Assembly: GCA_023423275.1 (NCBI GenBank)
Contig: JAFAFW010000066.1
Location: 6,285 to 70,284, forward strand
Length of the DNA stretch: 64,000 bases
DNA from: Pseudomonadota bacterium
GTDB lineage: Bacteria; Pseudomonadota; Alphaproteobacteria; Rhizobiales; Hyphomicrobiaceae
Direction of reading: 5' to 3'
Below are positions 9,516 to 18,461 of the stretch, in pieces. Numbering within the stretch: the first letter of the stretch is position 1; each line of letters starts with the position of its first letter. The position numbers and the translations under genes were made by a program. Below the pieces are notes generated by a model that saw only the letters and a program-made list of their open reading frames with translations, did no database searches and was not told the origin of the DNA.

Positions 9516-10034
9516 ATGGGTGGCGGTGACGAGCTATTCTTGAATCGTTGGATGCGCCTCAAGGATGAGGCCCGGCGGCCTGTGACGATTGCCGCCGAAA
9601 CTCCGGATCAGCCGGAAATCTCGGCGTTCCTCGCGGCATCGGATGCATATTCGCAAAGCCTCTATCCGCCTGAGAGCAATCATCTCGTAGATCTTGGTGT
9701 GCTGACGGCGACGAACGCGCATTTTCTTGTCGCCAGGCGTGGGGGTGAGGCCGTCGGATGCGGCGCGCTCATTACAAAGGGTGCCAGTTGGGGCGAGCTC
9801 AAGCGGATGTGGGTGTCGCCGGCTGTGCGCGGGCGCGGCCTCGGCCGCAGATTGGTCGAGGCGATCGAGGCGGAAGCGCGGACGCGTGGCATTAAAACCT
9901 TGCGGCTCGAAACCGGCATCTACCAGCTCGAAGCCATCGGTCTTTACCGGAAGTGCGGCTTTGCGGAGCGAGAGCCGTTCGGTGACTACCAGCCCGATCC
10001 GCTGAGCCTGTTCATGGAAAAGCAGCTCGACTGA
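9516..10034 (+). CDS. GNAT N-acetyltransferase
   Basis: ELKRMWV, RGRGLG, LRLETG and AIGLYRKCGF motifs; the true start may be GTG 9582. Confidence 0.88.
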   Translation: MGGGDELFLNRWMRLKDEARRPVTIAAETPDQPEISAFLAASDAYSQSLYPPESNHLVDLGVLTATNAHFLVARRGGEAVGCGALITKGASWGELKRMWVSPAVRGRGLGRRLVEAIEAEARTRGIKTLRLETGIYQLEAIGLYRKCGFAEREPFGDYQPDPLSLFMEKQLD

Positions 10035-10049
10035 AACGGTCTGCGGCCA

Positions 10050-10931
10050 TTACCAGACCGCTGGTGTCACGAAGCGGGCAACATCCGCATGCGTCGCGAA
10101 CCAGACGCCGTCATGACCTTTCATGTGCCTGATCAGCTCTTCGAGAATGAAGATGCGCGAGCGATAGCCGATGACATGCGGGTGCATCGTGAGCAGGAAC
10201 AGGCCGCCTTCGGCATAGGCGCGGTCAAACTCGCGGCGGAAGATATCGAGGATTGCGTCGAGCGGCGTATAGGGCCGAAGCGACTGGAAGCGATGCATCA
10301 TCAGATAAGCGGCATCGTCCCTGATCCATTCGACGGGCAGCTCGACAATGTTGGTCGGCGTGCCGTTGTCGATCAGCTCATAGGGATCATCGTCAGCCAT
10401 CAGAGACGAGTCGTAGAGGAGCCCCAGCTCCCGTTCGATCTTCAGGGTCGCTGGTGAAAAGTCCCAGGACGGGGTCCGCATGCCCACCGGCCGGATGCCT
10501 GTAACCTTCTCCAGCGTGTCCGCGGCGCGAAAATGCAAGTCGCGTTCGTTAGCTTCCGGCAGCGTCGCATTGAGTTCGTGGATCCAGCCATGCAGGCCGA
10601 TTTCATGGCCTTGCGCAATGACGTGGCGCTGCTCGTCGGGATGGAGCAGTGCCGAAACTGCGGGAACGAAGAACGTCGCCGGAATCTCTTCGCGCTTCAG
10701 TGTTTCGAGAATGCGGGGCACCCCGACGCGTGATCCGTATTCGCCCCAGGACATGCGGCCGATCGAATGGCCGCCATCGCGCAGCTCGTTGGTTTCATGA
10801 TCACTGTCGAATGAGAGAGCGACGGCGCAGCGGGCACCTCCGAACCAGCGTTCCGGCTTCAGCGATTGCCCGGCGCGAACTTGAGCAACCCGCCGCCGCC
10901 ATTCCGCCTCGGGCCACTGCCATGGCTCCAT
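10050..10931 (-). CDS. Polysaccharide deacetylase (CE4, PuuE/PgdA-like)
   Basis: LSFDSD, HEIGLHGWIH, YDSSLM and LTMHP motifs. Confidence 0.88.
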   Translation of the reverse strand: MEPWQWPEAEWRRRVAQVRAGQSLKPERWFGGARCAVALSFDSDHETNELRDGGHSIGRMSWGEYGSRVGVPRILETLKREEIPATFFVPAVSALLHPDEQRHVIAQGHEIGLHGWIHELNATLPEANERDLHFRAADTLEKVTGIRPVGMRTPSWDFSPATLKIERELGLLYDSSLMADDDPYELIDNGTPTNIVELPVEWIRDDAAYLMMHRFQSLRPYTPLDAILDIFRREFDRAYAEGGLFLLTMHPHVIGYRSRIFILEELIRHMKGHDGVWFATHADVARFVTPAVW

Positions 10932-11100
10932 CTCTTGCGCTCCTGCTGATTGATCGCCGGTTGGCTATGGCTTGTATCACAGCATTCAGCCATTGCGCAC
11001 GCAAGTCAGGCACCACAATCAGGCAGGAGCTGCCAACAAAAAGCCGATCGAATGCTGCGCATCCGATCGGCTTTCATTGCATCTGGTATCTGCGTCAGGT

Positions 11101-12933
11101 TCAGCCGCGCAGACGGGTTCTTACGATGCGCGGGAATTCATCGTCGCCGATGATGTCGTCCCCGCCACCTGCAAAAGCGGGTGATCCCAGAGACTGGCCG
11201 GCCGCGGCCCCACGGGGCAGAGCGCTGCGTGCGTCAGCAGCCGGGGTGCGCTCATCGAGCGACCACCACCGCTGGCCACGCGGATCGCTAGGGGCAGCCG
11301 GGGCCGGCATGGCGGGACGCGACGCGGCCGTCGCAGGCTGTGGCGCTGCTCGTTGAGCAGGCGCAACCGGCCCGCCGGTAAACCAGGCATCGATCAGATC
11401 GATCTCATCCGGGGTGAGGTTCATCCCATGGCTGCGGCAGCGCGCCACGACGAAGTTCCGGAACCGGCCAGCGAAGAGATTCGCCGAAGCGCCTTGCTCG
11501 AACCACGGATCGGCCTCGCTGACTACGTCCAGGACGAAGCGGATGTCGTCGCGCCGGAAATCAAATCCCAGCTCGCGGCCGCGATTGGCGATATTGGCCA
11601 GCGTCTGGGCGCCCTGGAGGCCGACTTGATTGATCTCCTGCGCCATGACGTCGAACAGTGAGCGATATTCCGGCGGTGACAGAGGCGGAGCCTGACACGC
11701 CTCGTGAATGCGCGTGATCGATTGCTGAAGCGCCATCGCGTTATCGGCCGTCTTTGGAGCAGCCGGAGCGGGAACGGACGCCCGCGGCGCCGGAACCATT
11801 GGCGGCAGTTCGGGGGAGATCTCACGCGATGCCGTGGCCGGCAATCCACCCGTGGACAGAGGTTGTGAGGGTCGCTGCAGAGGCAAGCCACGCTTGATGG
11901 CCGGAGAAGGCTCCAGGGCCTGCCCGCGTGAGGCCGGTGCAGCGGTTGGCGGGGTCGGGATCGACGGACGAGACGCCGGTGGCGTCGTTGCCTGCCGTTC
12001 GATCCGGTCGCCACGGCCCGACGTGAGAGACGAGTCCCCTGGCACTTGGCGCTTCACGTCATAGGCCACGTACGGCGGCTGCTCGCTCAGACGAATGCCC
12101 TCGGGCAAGCTCTGCAGCAGCAGTTCGCGGAATGAGCCCGCGCCCGCCCAGTTCGTACCCACAGTCCGATCATGACCCAGGGTGCGCGTTGCCCGCTCGG
12201 CGAGAGCCTCTAGCGGTACGGGCGTCCCGGCCGCTTTCACCGCATTGGAAATCTCTGCGATGATTTCGCGCCGCGCATCGTCATGAGGGGCGCCGCGACT
12301 GGCGCTCGTGATGGCCACGGCAGAAGTCTGGATATCTTCCGTCGACTTGTCGCCGACGAGGATGTTCAGCAGATCCGACTCGCGGATCTCGCCGTCCGCG
12401 ATTGCGACGTAGGGAGCTGCTGTAAAGTCATTGGCGAACACGACAGTGCGCCGCGCGTGTGCCCGCAGTCTGTGCAGAACCGGCGTGAAATCCGCGTCAC
12501 CCGAGAGGATGACGAATTCATCGAAGTAGGTGTCGTGATGGAGATAGTCTCGAACGTCCATCACCATGCGAATGTCTGAGGAATTCTTGAGCTGCGCCGT
12601 CAGAGGCGGGCAGTCGACGATCTCGAAGCCGGCACGCAGGAAGTGGTGCCGGACAAACGGGAACGACGTCATGTCGGTCGAATTGTCGCTTTGATTGCGG
12701 CGCGGCACTGGATTGCCGTAACAGCGGTTCAGCACCAGGCGGCGCTGGACGTCCGTCGTCAGCTTGTTCGTCGGCGTGATCAGTCGCCCGGATTCGATCT
12801 CGGCCAGCCACGCGCCGGCATCCTTCGCAAACCGCTTCGCCGCTTCTTCGTTTTTGCGCCGAAGTGACAAGTAAATATTGTCGTAGTCTACAAAGACCGC
12901 GCTGAGAATCTGCCCTGAGGTCTCGCGCTTCAT
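11101..12933 (-). CDS. NYN (LabA/DUF88, PIN-like) domain protein with OST-HTH-like domain and Pro-rich linkers
   Basis: VFVDYDNI, KNSSDIRMVMD and ILSGDADFTP motifs; WAGAGSFRELL resembles OST-HTH/LOTUS. Confidence 0.82.
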   Translation of the reverse strand: MKRETSGQILSAVFVDYDNIYLSLRRKNEEAAKRFAKDAGAWLAEIESGRLITPTNKLTTDVQRRLVLNRCYGNPVPRRNQSDNSTDMTSFPFVRHHFLRAGFEIVDCPPLTAQLKNSSDIRMVMDVRDYLHHDTYFDEFVILSGDADFTPVLHRLRAHARRTVVFANDFTAAPYVAIADGEIRESDLLNILVGDKSTEDIQTSAVAITSASRGAPHDDARREIIAEISNAVKAAGTPVPLEALAERATRTLGHDRTVGTNWAGAGSFRELLLQSLPEGIRLSEQPPYVAYDVKRQVPGDSSLTSGRGDRIERQATTPPASRPSIPTPPTAAPASRGQALEPSPAIKRGLPLQRPSQPLSTGGLPATASREISPELPPMVPAPRASVPAPAAPKTADNAMALQQSITRIHEACQAPPLSPPEYRSLFDVMAQEINQVGLQGAQTLANIANRGRELGFDFRRDDIRFVLDVVSEADPWFEQGASANLFAGRFRNFVVARCRSHGMNLTPDEIDLIDAWFTGGPVAPAQRAAPQPATAASRPAMPAPAAPSDPRGQRWWSLDERTPAADARSALPRGAAAGQSLGSPAFAGGGDDIIGDDEFPRIVRTRLRG

Positions 12934-13140
12934 TCTGGTAGGCCCCCGCTTGCCGCCCGTAATCATCCCACTTTGACGGCAATCTTTACGAGTCGGGGGG
13001 GACCCGCAAGCGCACCAGCGGCGCGGTCGAGGGAATCAATGCCGACAAACCACTGAATCAGCAGTTTGTCGGGATTTTGCCGCTTGTTTCCGCAGTGGAT
13101 AAGTTTTGCGACGCAGCGCCAGAACGGCCAAACAACGGCC

Positions 13141-13911
13141 TCAGCCGCGGTTTTTGCGATCCCGGATTTCACCGAAGACCTTCCAGTCGGGTTCACCGAT
13201 CATACCGAGCCGCTTGCGGATGTCGGGGCTGTTCGGGCGCAGGAACGGGTTGGTGGCCAGTTCCAGGTCGATCCGTGTCGGCAACGTCGGCTTTCCGGCA
13301 GCGGCGAGTTGCTCGACCTCTTTCATGCGCGTCTGAAGCGCCTCGTTCTCGGGTTCGATGGTGAGCGCGAACTTGGCATTGGCGAGTGTGTACTCATGTC
13401 CGCAGTAAACCGTAGTCGCCGGCGGCAACGCCATGATCTTCTGAAGCGATTGCCACATCATTTCGTAGGTACCCTCGATGACGCGTCCGCAGCCCATGGC
13501 GAACAGCGTGTCACCGGCGAAGGCAACGTCAGCCGCAGGGAACCAGTAGGTGATATGGCCCGCGGTATGTCCTGGCGTGTCGAAGACGTGCACCTGGAAC
13601 GAGCCGAATGCGAACACGTCACCTTCACTGACGGTCTGATCGATGCCGGGAATTTTGGAAGCTTCGGCCTTGGGGCCGATGACGGTGCAATGGGTTTCCG
13701 CCTTCAGCGGAAGGATACCGTCGGTGTGGTCGGCGTGATGATGGGTGACAAGGATATGCGTCAGCTTCCAGCCCTTCTCGGCCAGCGCGCGCCGGACGGC
13801 GTCCGCCTCCGGAGCATCGATCGAAGCCACCAGCCCAGTCTCCGGGTCGCGGATGATAACGCCGTAATTGTCGCTCAGGCAGGGAAACTGGAAGATCTCA
13901 AGCTTTGCCAT
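13141..13911 (-). CDS. gloB: Hydroxyacylglutathione hydrolase (glyoxalase II)
   Basis: THHHADH, TPGHT, GDTLF, CGHEYT and TNPFLR motifs. Confidence 0.95.
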   Translation of the reverse strand: MAKLEIFQFPCLSDNYGVIIRDPETGLVASIDAPEADAVRRALAEKGWKLTHILVTHHHADHTDGILPLKAETHCTVIGPKAEASKIPGIDQTVSEGDVFAFGSFQVHVFDTPGHTAGHITYWFPAADVAFAGDTLFAMGCGRVIEGTYEMMWQSLQKIMALPPATTVYCGHEYTLANAKFALTIEPENEALQTRMKEVEQLAAAGKPTLPTRIDLELATNPFLRPNSPDIRKRLGMIGEPDWKVFGEIRDRKNRG

Positions 13912-14052
13912 CGCGGATGCTCCATGATTTTATGTAAAGGTTCTAATTGGCCGCGGCAAAACTAGCAGCGGGTCCAGGGATTGCAACCGCCTGCGCCGAA
14001 AGCAAGAAGCGCATTATTTGGGTGGTGCAGAACACGTGCACTTATATTGCAA

Positions 14053-14793
14053 ATGCATTTCGATGTTGCCGAGCTCAGGGATTTCTACACACGACCGCTT
14101 GGTTTGATGGTGCGGCGGCTGCTCGCTCACCGGATCCGGGCGCGCTGGCGCAGGCTGGGGCAGGAGACATTGATCGGGCTGGGGTTTCCGACGCCTTATC
14201 TCGGGACCTTCCGCGGCGAGGCAGTGCGGCTCGGCGCGTTGATGCCTGCCTCCCAGGGAGCACTGGTGTGGCCACCGACCGGCCCCAGGATGACCGTCCT
14301 TGTGGAAGAAGAGCATCTGCCCCTGTCCGACAATTCGGTCGATCGGCTGCTGGCGGTGCATTGCCTCGAGAACGCGGAGCGGGCCCGTCCCCTGTTGCGC
14401 GAAATATGGCGGGTGCTGGCACCCCAGGGCCGGCTGATGATGGTGGTTCCCAATCGGCGTGGGGTGTGGGCGCGGCTCGACCGCACGCCGTTCGGCCAGG
14501 GGCGGCCTTACAGCCGCAGCCAGCTTGAGCAATTGCTCGGGGAAACGCTGTTCACGCCGATCGACTGGTCGATGGCGCTCCACGTCCCTCCGCTCGAATG
14601 GCGCATGGTGATGCGCTCGGCGACGGCCTTCGAACGAATTGGCGCGCGTCTGTCCCCGGCTTTCGGTGGCGTCATTATCGTCGAAGCCCGCAAGGAACTC
14701 GCCGCCCCGATCGCGAAATCGGCGAAGGCGCGCACGCTGGGTCGGTTGGTGCCGGTGAACAGCGGAATGTCGCCTCGGGATGAGACAGACTAG
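14053..14793 (+). CDS. Methyltransferase type 11 domain protein (YafS-like)
   Basis: [24 protein letters not shown] and PNRRG motifs; divergent from gloB, the usual arrangement. Confidence 0.85.
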   Translation: MHFDVAELRDFYTRPLGLMVRRLLAHRIRARWRRLGQETLIGLGFPTPYLGTFRGEAVRLGALMPASQGALVWPPTGPRMTVLVEEEHLPLSDNSVDRLLAVHCLENAERARPLLREIWRVLAPQGRLMMVVPNRRGVWARLDRTPFGQGRPYSRSQLEQLLGETLFTPIDWSMALHVPPLEWRMVMRSATAFERIGARLSPAFGGVIIVEARKELAAPIAKSAKARTLGRLVPVNSGMSPRDETD

Positions 14794-14950
14794 GCCGGGA
14801 ATACGCTGCCGGCCCCATCTGGCTATGCCGCCGCGTCACAATGGCCTTTTGCCTGGCTGGTGCGCGCGAAAACACAATCGTTTGTTTGATTTCACCGGAC
14901 GGCGCGCCTATCAATCTGGCCGGGTTTTCATGGATTTGACCGGAACTGTC

Positions 14951-16057
14951 ATGAGCAACGCAACACCCGCCCCGAAGCCGGGCGTCCTGGAGATCGAGGC
15001 CTATGTGCCGGGCGGCAGCAGCGTGCCTGGCGGCATGAAGCCGGTCAAGCTGTCGTCAAACGAGAACCCTCTGGGACCCAGTCCTGCCGCTGTCGCAGCC
15101 TTCCAGGCTTGCGCGGGCAGTCTGGAGCGCTATCCCGATGGCAGCGCCATCGGCCTGCGTCAGGCCATTGCGCACGCTTACGGCCTCAATCCGGATCGGA
15201 TCGTCTGCGGAGCAGGTTCCGACGAGCTTCTCAATCTTCTCGGCCACGCTTATCTTGGCCCCGGCGACGAGGCGATTTTCACCGAGCATGGTTTCCTCGT
15301 CTACCGAATCGTGACGCTGGGCTGCGGCGCGACCCCTGTCGTGGCTCCGGAGAAGAATCTGCGCACGGACGTCGACGCCATTCTGGCGCGTGTTACGCCG
15401 CGCACGAAGATGGTGTTCATCGCCAATCCCAACAATCCGACCGGCACCTACATTCCTTTCGATGAAGTGCGTCGGCTGCGCGAGGGACTGCCGGGCAACG
15501 TCCTGCTCGTGCTCGATGCCGCCTATAGCGAATATGTGCGCCGTAACGATTATGAAGCCGGGTTGGAACTCGTTGCCACCACGGACAACACCGTGATGAC
15601 GCGTACGTTCTCCAAGATCCACGGGCTGGCCGCATTGCGTCTCGGCTGGGCGTACTGCCCGGCGGCGATCGCCGATGCGCTCAACCGGATACGAGGCCCG
15701 TTCAATGTGACGGGTCCGGCCATCGCGGCCGGTATTGCTGCCGTCGAAGATCGCGGCCACGCGGAGAAGTCGGTTGCGCACAATGACAAGTGGCTGCCCT
15801 GGCTGACCGCGGAGATGGAACGGCTCGGCCTGGAGGTGACGCCCAGCGTCGGCAATTTCGTGCTGGTGCACTTTGCCCGCGAAGCCGGGAAGGACGCCGA
15901 TGCGGCCGACAATTTCCTCAGATCGCGCGGCGTGATCGGGCGCAAGATGGGCGCTTACGGGCTGCCGGGCGCCTTGCGGATCACGGTCGGTACGGAGGAT
16001 GAGAACAAGGCGGCGATCGCGGCGCTGCGGGATTTTGTGGGCGAGGCTGCTCGATGA
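14951..16057 (+). CDS. hisC: Histidinol-phosphate aminotransferase
   Basis: [20 protein letters not shown] and PLP-lysine motif [15 protein letters not shown]. Confidence 0.95.
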   Translation: MSNATPAPKPGVLEIEAYVPGGSSVPGGMKPVKLSSNENPLGPSPAAVAAFQACAGSLERYPDGSAIGLRQAIAHAYGLNPDRIVCGAGSDELLNLLGHAYLGPGDEAIFTEHGFLVYRIVTLGCGATPVVAPEKNLRTDVDAILARVTPRTKMVFIANPNNPTGTYIPFDEVRRLREGLPGNVLLVLDAAYSEYVRRNDYEAGLELVATTDNTVMTRTFSKIHGLAALRLGWAYCPAAIADALNRIRGPFNVTGPAIAAGIAAVEDRGHAEKSVAHNDKWLPWLTAEMERLGLEVTPSVGNFVLVHFAREAGKDADAADNFLRSRGVIGRKMGAYGLPGALRITVGTEDENKAAIAALRDFVGEAAR

Positions 16058-17007
16058 GTGCTCCTCTTTTTGAGCGCGTCGCATTGATCGGTCTCGGTCT
16101 CATCGGATCGTCGATCAGTCACGCGATGCGTCGTCGTGGGCTGGCAGGCTGCATTGTCGGCAGCGCGCGGACCGAGGCGACGAGGCAGACGGCGGTGCGG
16201 CTCGGTCTCGTTGAAGCCGCATACGAGGATCCCGCCGATGCTGCGGACGGTGCAGATCTGGTCGTCCTGTGCGCGCCCGTTGGGGCTTGTGGCGCCATCG
16301 CGCAGCAGATCGCATCGCGGCTAAAGCAGGGGGCGATCCTGACCGATGTCGGCTCAGTCAAAGGCGCGGTGGCGCGTGATGTCGGGCCGCACGTGCCGCC
16401 GGGTGTTCATTTCATCCCCGGCCACCCGATTGCCGGCACCGAGCATTCCGGTCCCGAGGCAGGTTTCGCCGAATTGTTCGACAACCGGTGGTGCATCATC
16501 ACCCCGCTGCCGGACTCCGATCCGGCGGCCGTAGCGCGGCTGCAGCGGCTATGGCAGGAGATGGGCTCCAACGTCGAGATCATGACGCCGGATCATCATG
16601 ATCTCGTGCTGGCGATCACCAGTCACGTGCCGCATCTCATCGCTTACAACATCGTCAACACCGCCGCCCATCTGGAGCGCGTGACGGACAGCGAGGTGAT
16701 CAAGTTTTCCGCCGGCGGCTTCCGCGATTTCACGCGCATCGCCTCATCCGATCCGACCATGTGGCGGGATGTGTTCCTGAACAACAAGGACGCCGTGCTG
16801 GAAATGCTCGGCCGTTTCTCGGAGGATCTGACGGCATTGCAGCGGGCGATCCGCTACAGTGAAGGTGATAACCTGTTCAAGCTGTTTACCGAGGCGCGCG
16901 CGATCCGGCGCGGTATCATCCAGGCAGGTCAGGATACGGCGGCGCCGGACTTCGGGAGATCGCAGGGTTTGCCGTCGTCGCATCCCGGAGGCGAAACGAA
17001 AACGTGA
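16054..17007 (+). CDS. tyrC: Prephenate/cyclohexadienyl dehydrogenase (TyrA family)
   Basis: GLGLIG, DVGSVK, HPIAGTE, SHVPH and FRDFTRIA motifs; ATGA overlap with hisC. Confidence 0.92.
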   Translation: MSAPLFERVALIGLGLIGSSISHAMRRRGLAGCIVGSARTEATRQTAVRLGLVEAAYEDPADAADGADLVVLCAPVGACGAIAQQIASRLKQGAILTDVGSVKGAVARDVGPHVPPGVHFIPGHPIAGTEHSGPEAGFAELFDNRWCIITPLPDSDPAAVARLQRLWQEMGSNVEIMTPDHHDLVLAITSHVPHLIAYNIVNTAAHLERVTDSEVIKFSAGGFRDFTRIASSDPTMWRDVFLNNKDAVLEMLGRFSEDLTALQRAIRYSEGDNLFKLFTEARAIRRGIIQAGQDTAAPDFGRSQGLPSSHPGGETKT

Positions 17008-17726
17008 GCGACAGGCCTGCGAGGACTAGGGTATCCGACCTCTGGGTGTTTGGTTACGGCTCCTTGATGTGGAAGCCGGGCTTCGCCTTCGAAGAGGTCC
17101 GGCGCGCAACCCTTGTCGGCTATCGGCGCTGCTTCTGCATTTATTCCACCCATCATAGGGGAACAGCATCGCGTCCCGGGCTGGTTCTGGGGCTCGATCG
17201 CGGTGGCGCCTGCCATGGCCTGGCGTTCCGCATTGCGCCGGAACGCCGCCGCGAAACGCTCGCCTACCTTGCCGAACGCGAGCAGATCAACGGCGTCTAT
17301 CGCGATGTCCTGGCGCCCGTAACGTTGGACGGCACGCCGAGACTGGAAGTCTTTGCGCTCTCGCACATCGTCGAGCGCTGTCATCCGAGCTACGCGGGCC
17401 GCTTGGGGCTGGCGGAGCAGGCCTGTCTCATCCGCGGCGCGCATGGGATTTCCGGACCGAACCTGGACTATCTCGTCAACACTCTGGCGCATCTGGACGA
17501 GCTTGGCATCCAGGAGCCCGAGCTGAGGCGACTATTGACGACCATTGGCGGGCACTTTGCGCGCAGTCCGACAGCCGCAAATGGCAGCAGACCGGCGTCG
17601 ACGGCGTTGCTCAATGCCTGCCGCTCGACCCCGGTAAAGGCACCGCGGTTGAAGGTTCTGGAGCGGCGGCGCTTCGTCTATCGCCGACAGATTTCAGGCT
17701 GGGCGGCGCTTCGCGGCGAGACGTAG
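17004..17726 (+). CDS. chaC: Gamma-glutamylcyclotransferase, ChaC family
   Basis: WVFGYGSLMW, HRGT..PGLVLGL and G.SGPN.DY motifs. Confidence 0.9.
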   Translation: MSDRPARTRVSDLWVFGYGSLMWKPGFAFEEVRRATLVGYRRCFCIYSTHHRGTASRPGLVLGLDRGGACHGLAFRIAPERRRETLAYLAEREQINGVYRDVLAPVTLDGTPRLEVFALSHIVERCHPSYAGRLGLAEQACLIRGAHGISGPNLDYLVNTLAHLDELGIQEPELRRLLTTIGGHFARSPTAANGSRPASTALLNACRSTPVKAPRLKVLERRRFVYRRQISGWAALRGET

Positions 17727-17747
17727 CGGTTTTTGCCTTCGGCTCGT

Positions 17748-18185
17748 CTAGTGCTGCCAACCTGGCGGACTGCCGGCATCCAGGTCGGCGAAGTGCGCGG
17801 ACCGGATGTCGAGTTCGACGAGGCGGCGCTGACGTTCGCTGCCGGCAAGGAAATGGATATGCACCTCATTGGCGCCGAGCCGCGCACCGCGATGGCGGAT
17901 TTCAGCCAGGTTCAGCGAGGGGGCATCATGCTCGATGCGGCCGACGCGCAGCACTGTCCGCTTGCCGGAAGCATCAACGTGAAACAGCGCGTAAACGGAC
18001 GGAGGAAGCTCGGGGCAGCCAATCAGGCTGAAGACCGAATGCACATAGCGCTGGCCTGAAGAGCCGGTCCAGAAACGGAATTCCTGGCCATCGGTCTCGC
18101 TCAGGATGGCAGGATCGAGGCCCGCCAGCGTCGCGGAGCGAGCGGCTGCAACACGAGACAACTCAACGATACGCGCACTCATCAT
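17748..18185 (-). CDS. Hypothetical protein
   Basis: 145 aa with globular-looking composition (FWTGSSGQRYVHSVF...GANEVHIH); fills the gap between chaC and nrdJ. Confidence 0.7.
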   Translation of the reverse strand: MMSARIVELSRVAAARSATLAGLDPAILSETDGQEFRFWTGSSGQRYVHSVFSLIGCPELPPSVYALFHVDASGKRTVLRVGRIEHDAPSLNLAEIRHRGARLGANEVHIHFLAGSERQRRLVELDIRSAHFADLDAGSPPGWQH

Positions 18186-18362
18186 ACAAACCCTTCGGCT
18201 TTACCATGACGGTATGTCGCCGGACGCTCGTGAACGTGACGTATATTTTCAGCAAAATCAGGGCTGAAGCGCAGTCATTTAACGGCAGCATGAACTCCGT
18301 ATGCGTCGCTGTACTACAATAAGACACTTCGCTTGGCTTGCGATGCCGTGTCGCACTCAAAT

Positions 18363-18371
18363 TGTGGATAA
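18363..18371 (-). promoter_or_regulatory. DnaA box (perfect TTATCCACA)
   Basis: TGTGGATAA on the + strand, intergenic, upstream of 17748-18185. Confidence 0.4.
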
Positions 18372-18461
18372 CGCGGTAACCATTGGAACAGTATTGCCGG
18401 GCTGTTGCATTTCGAACCCGGTACAGGCTCGCGATTCGCGCAACGAGGCAGATCCAGCGAG

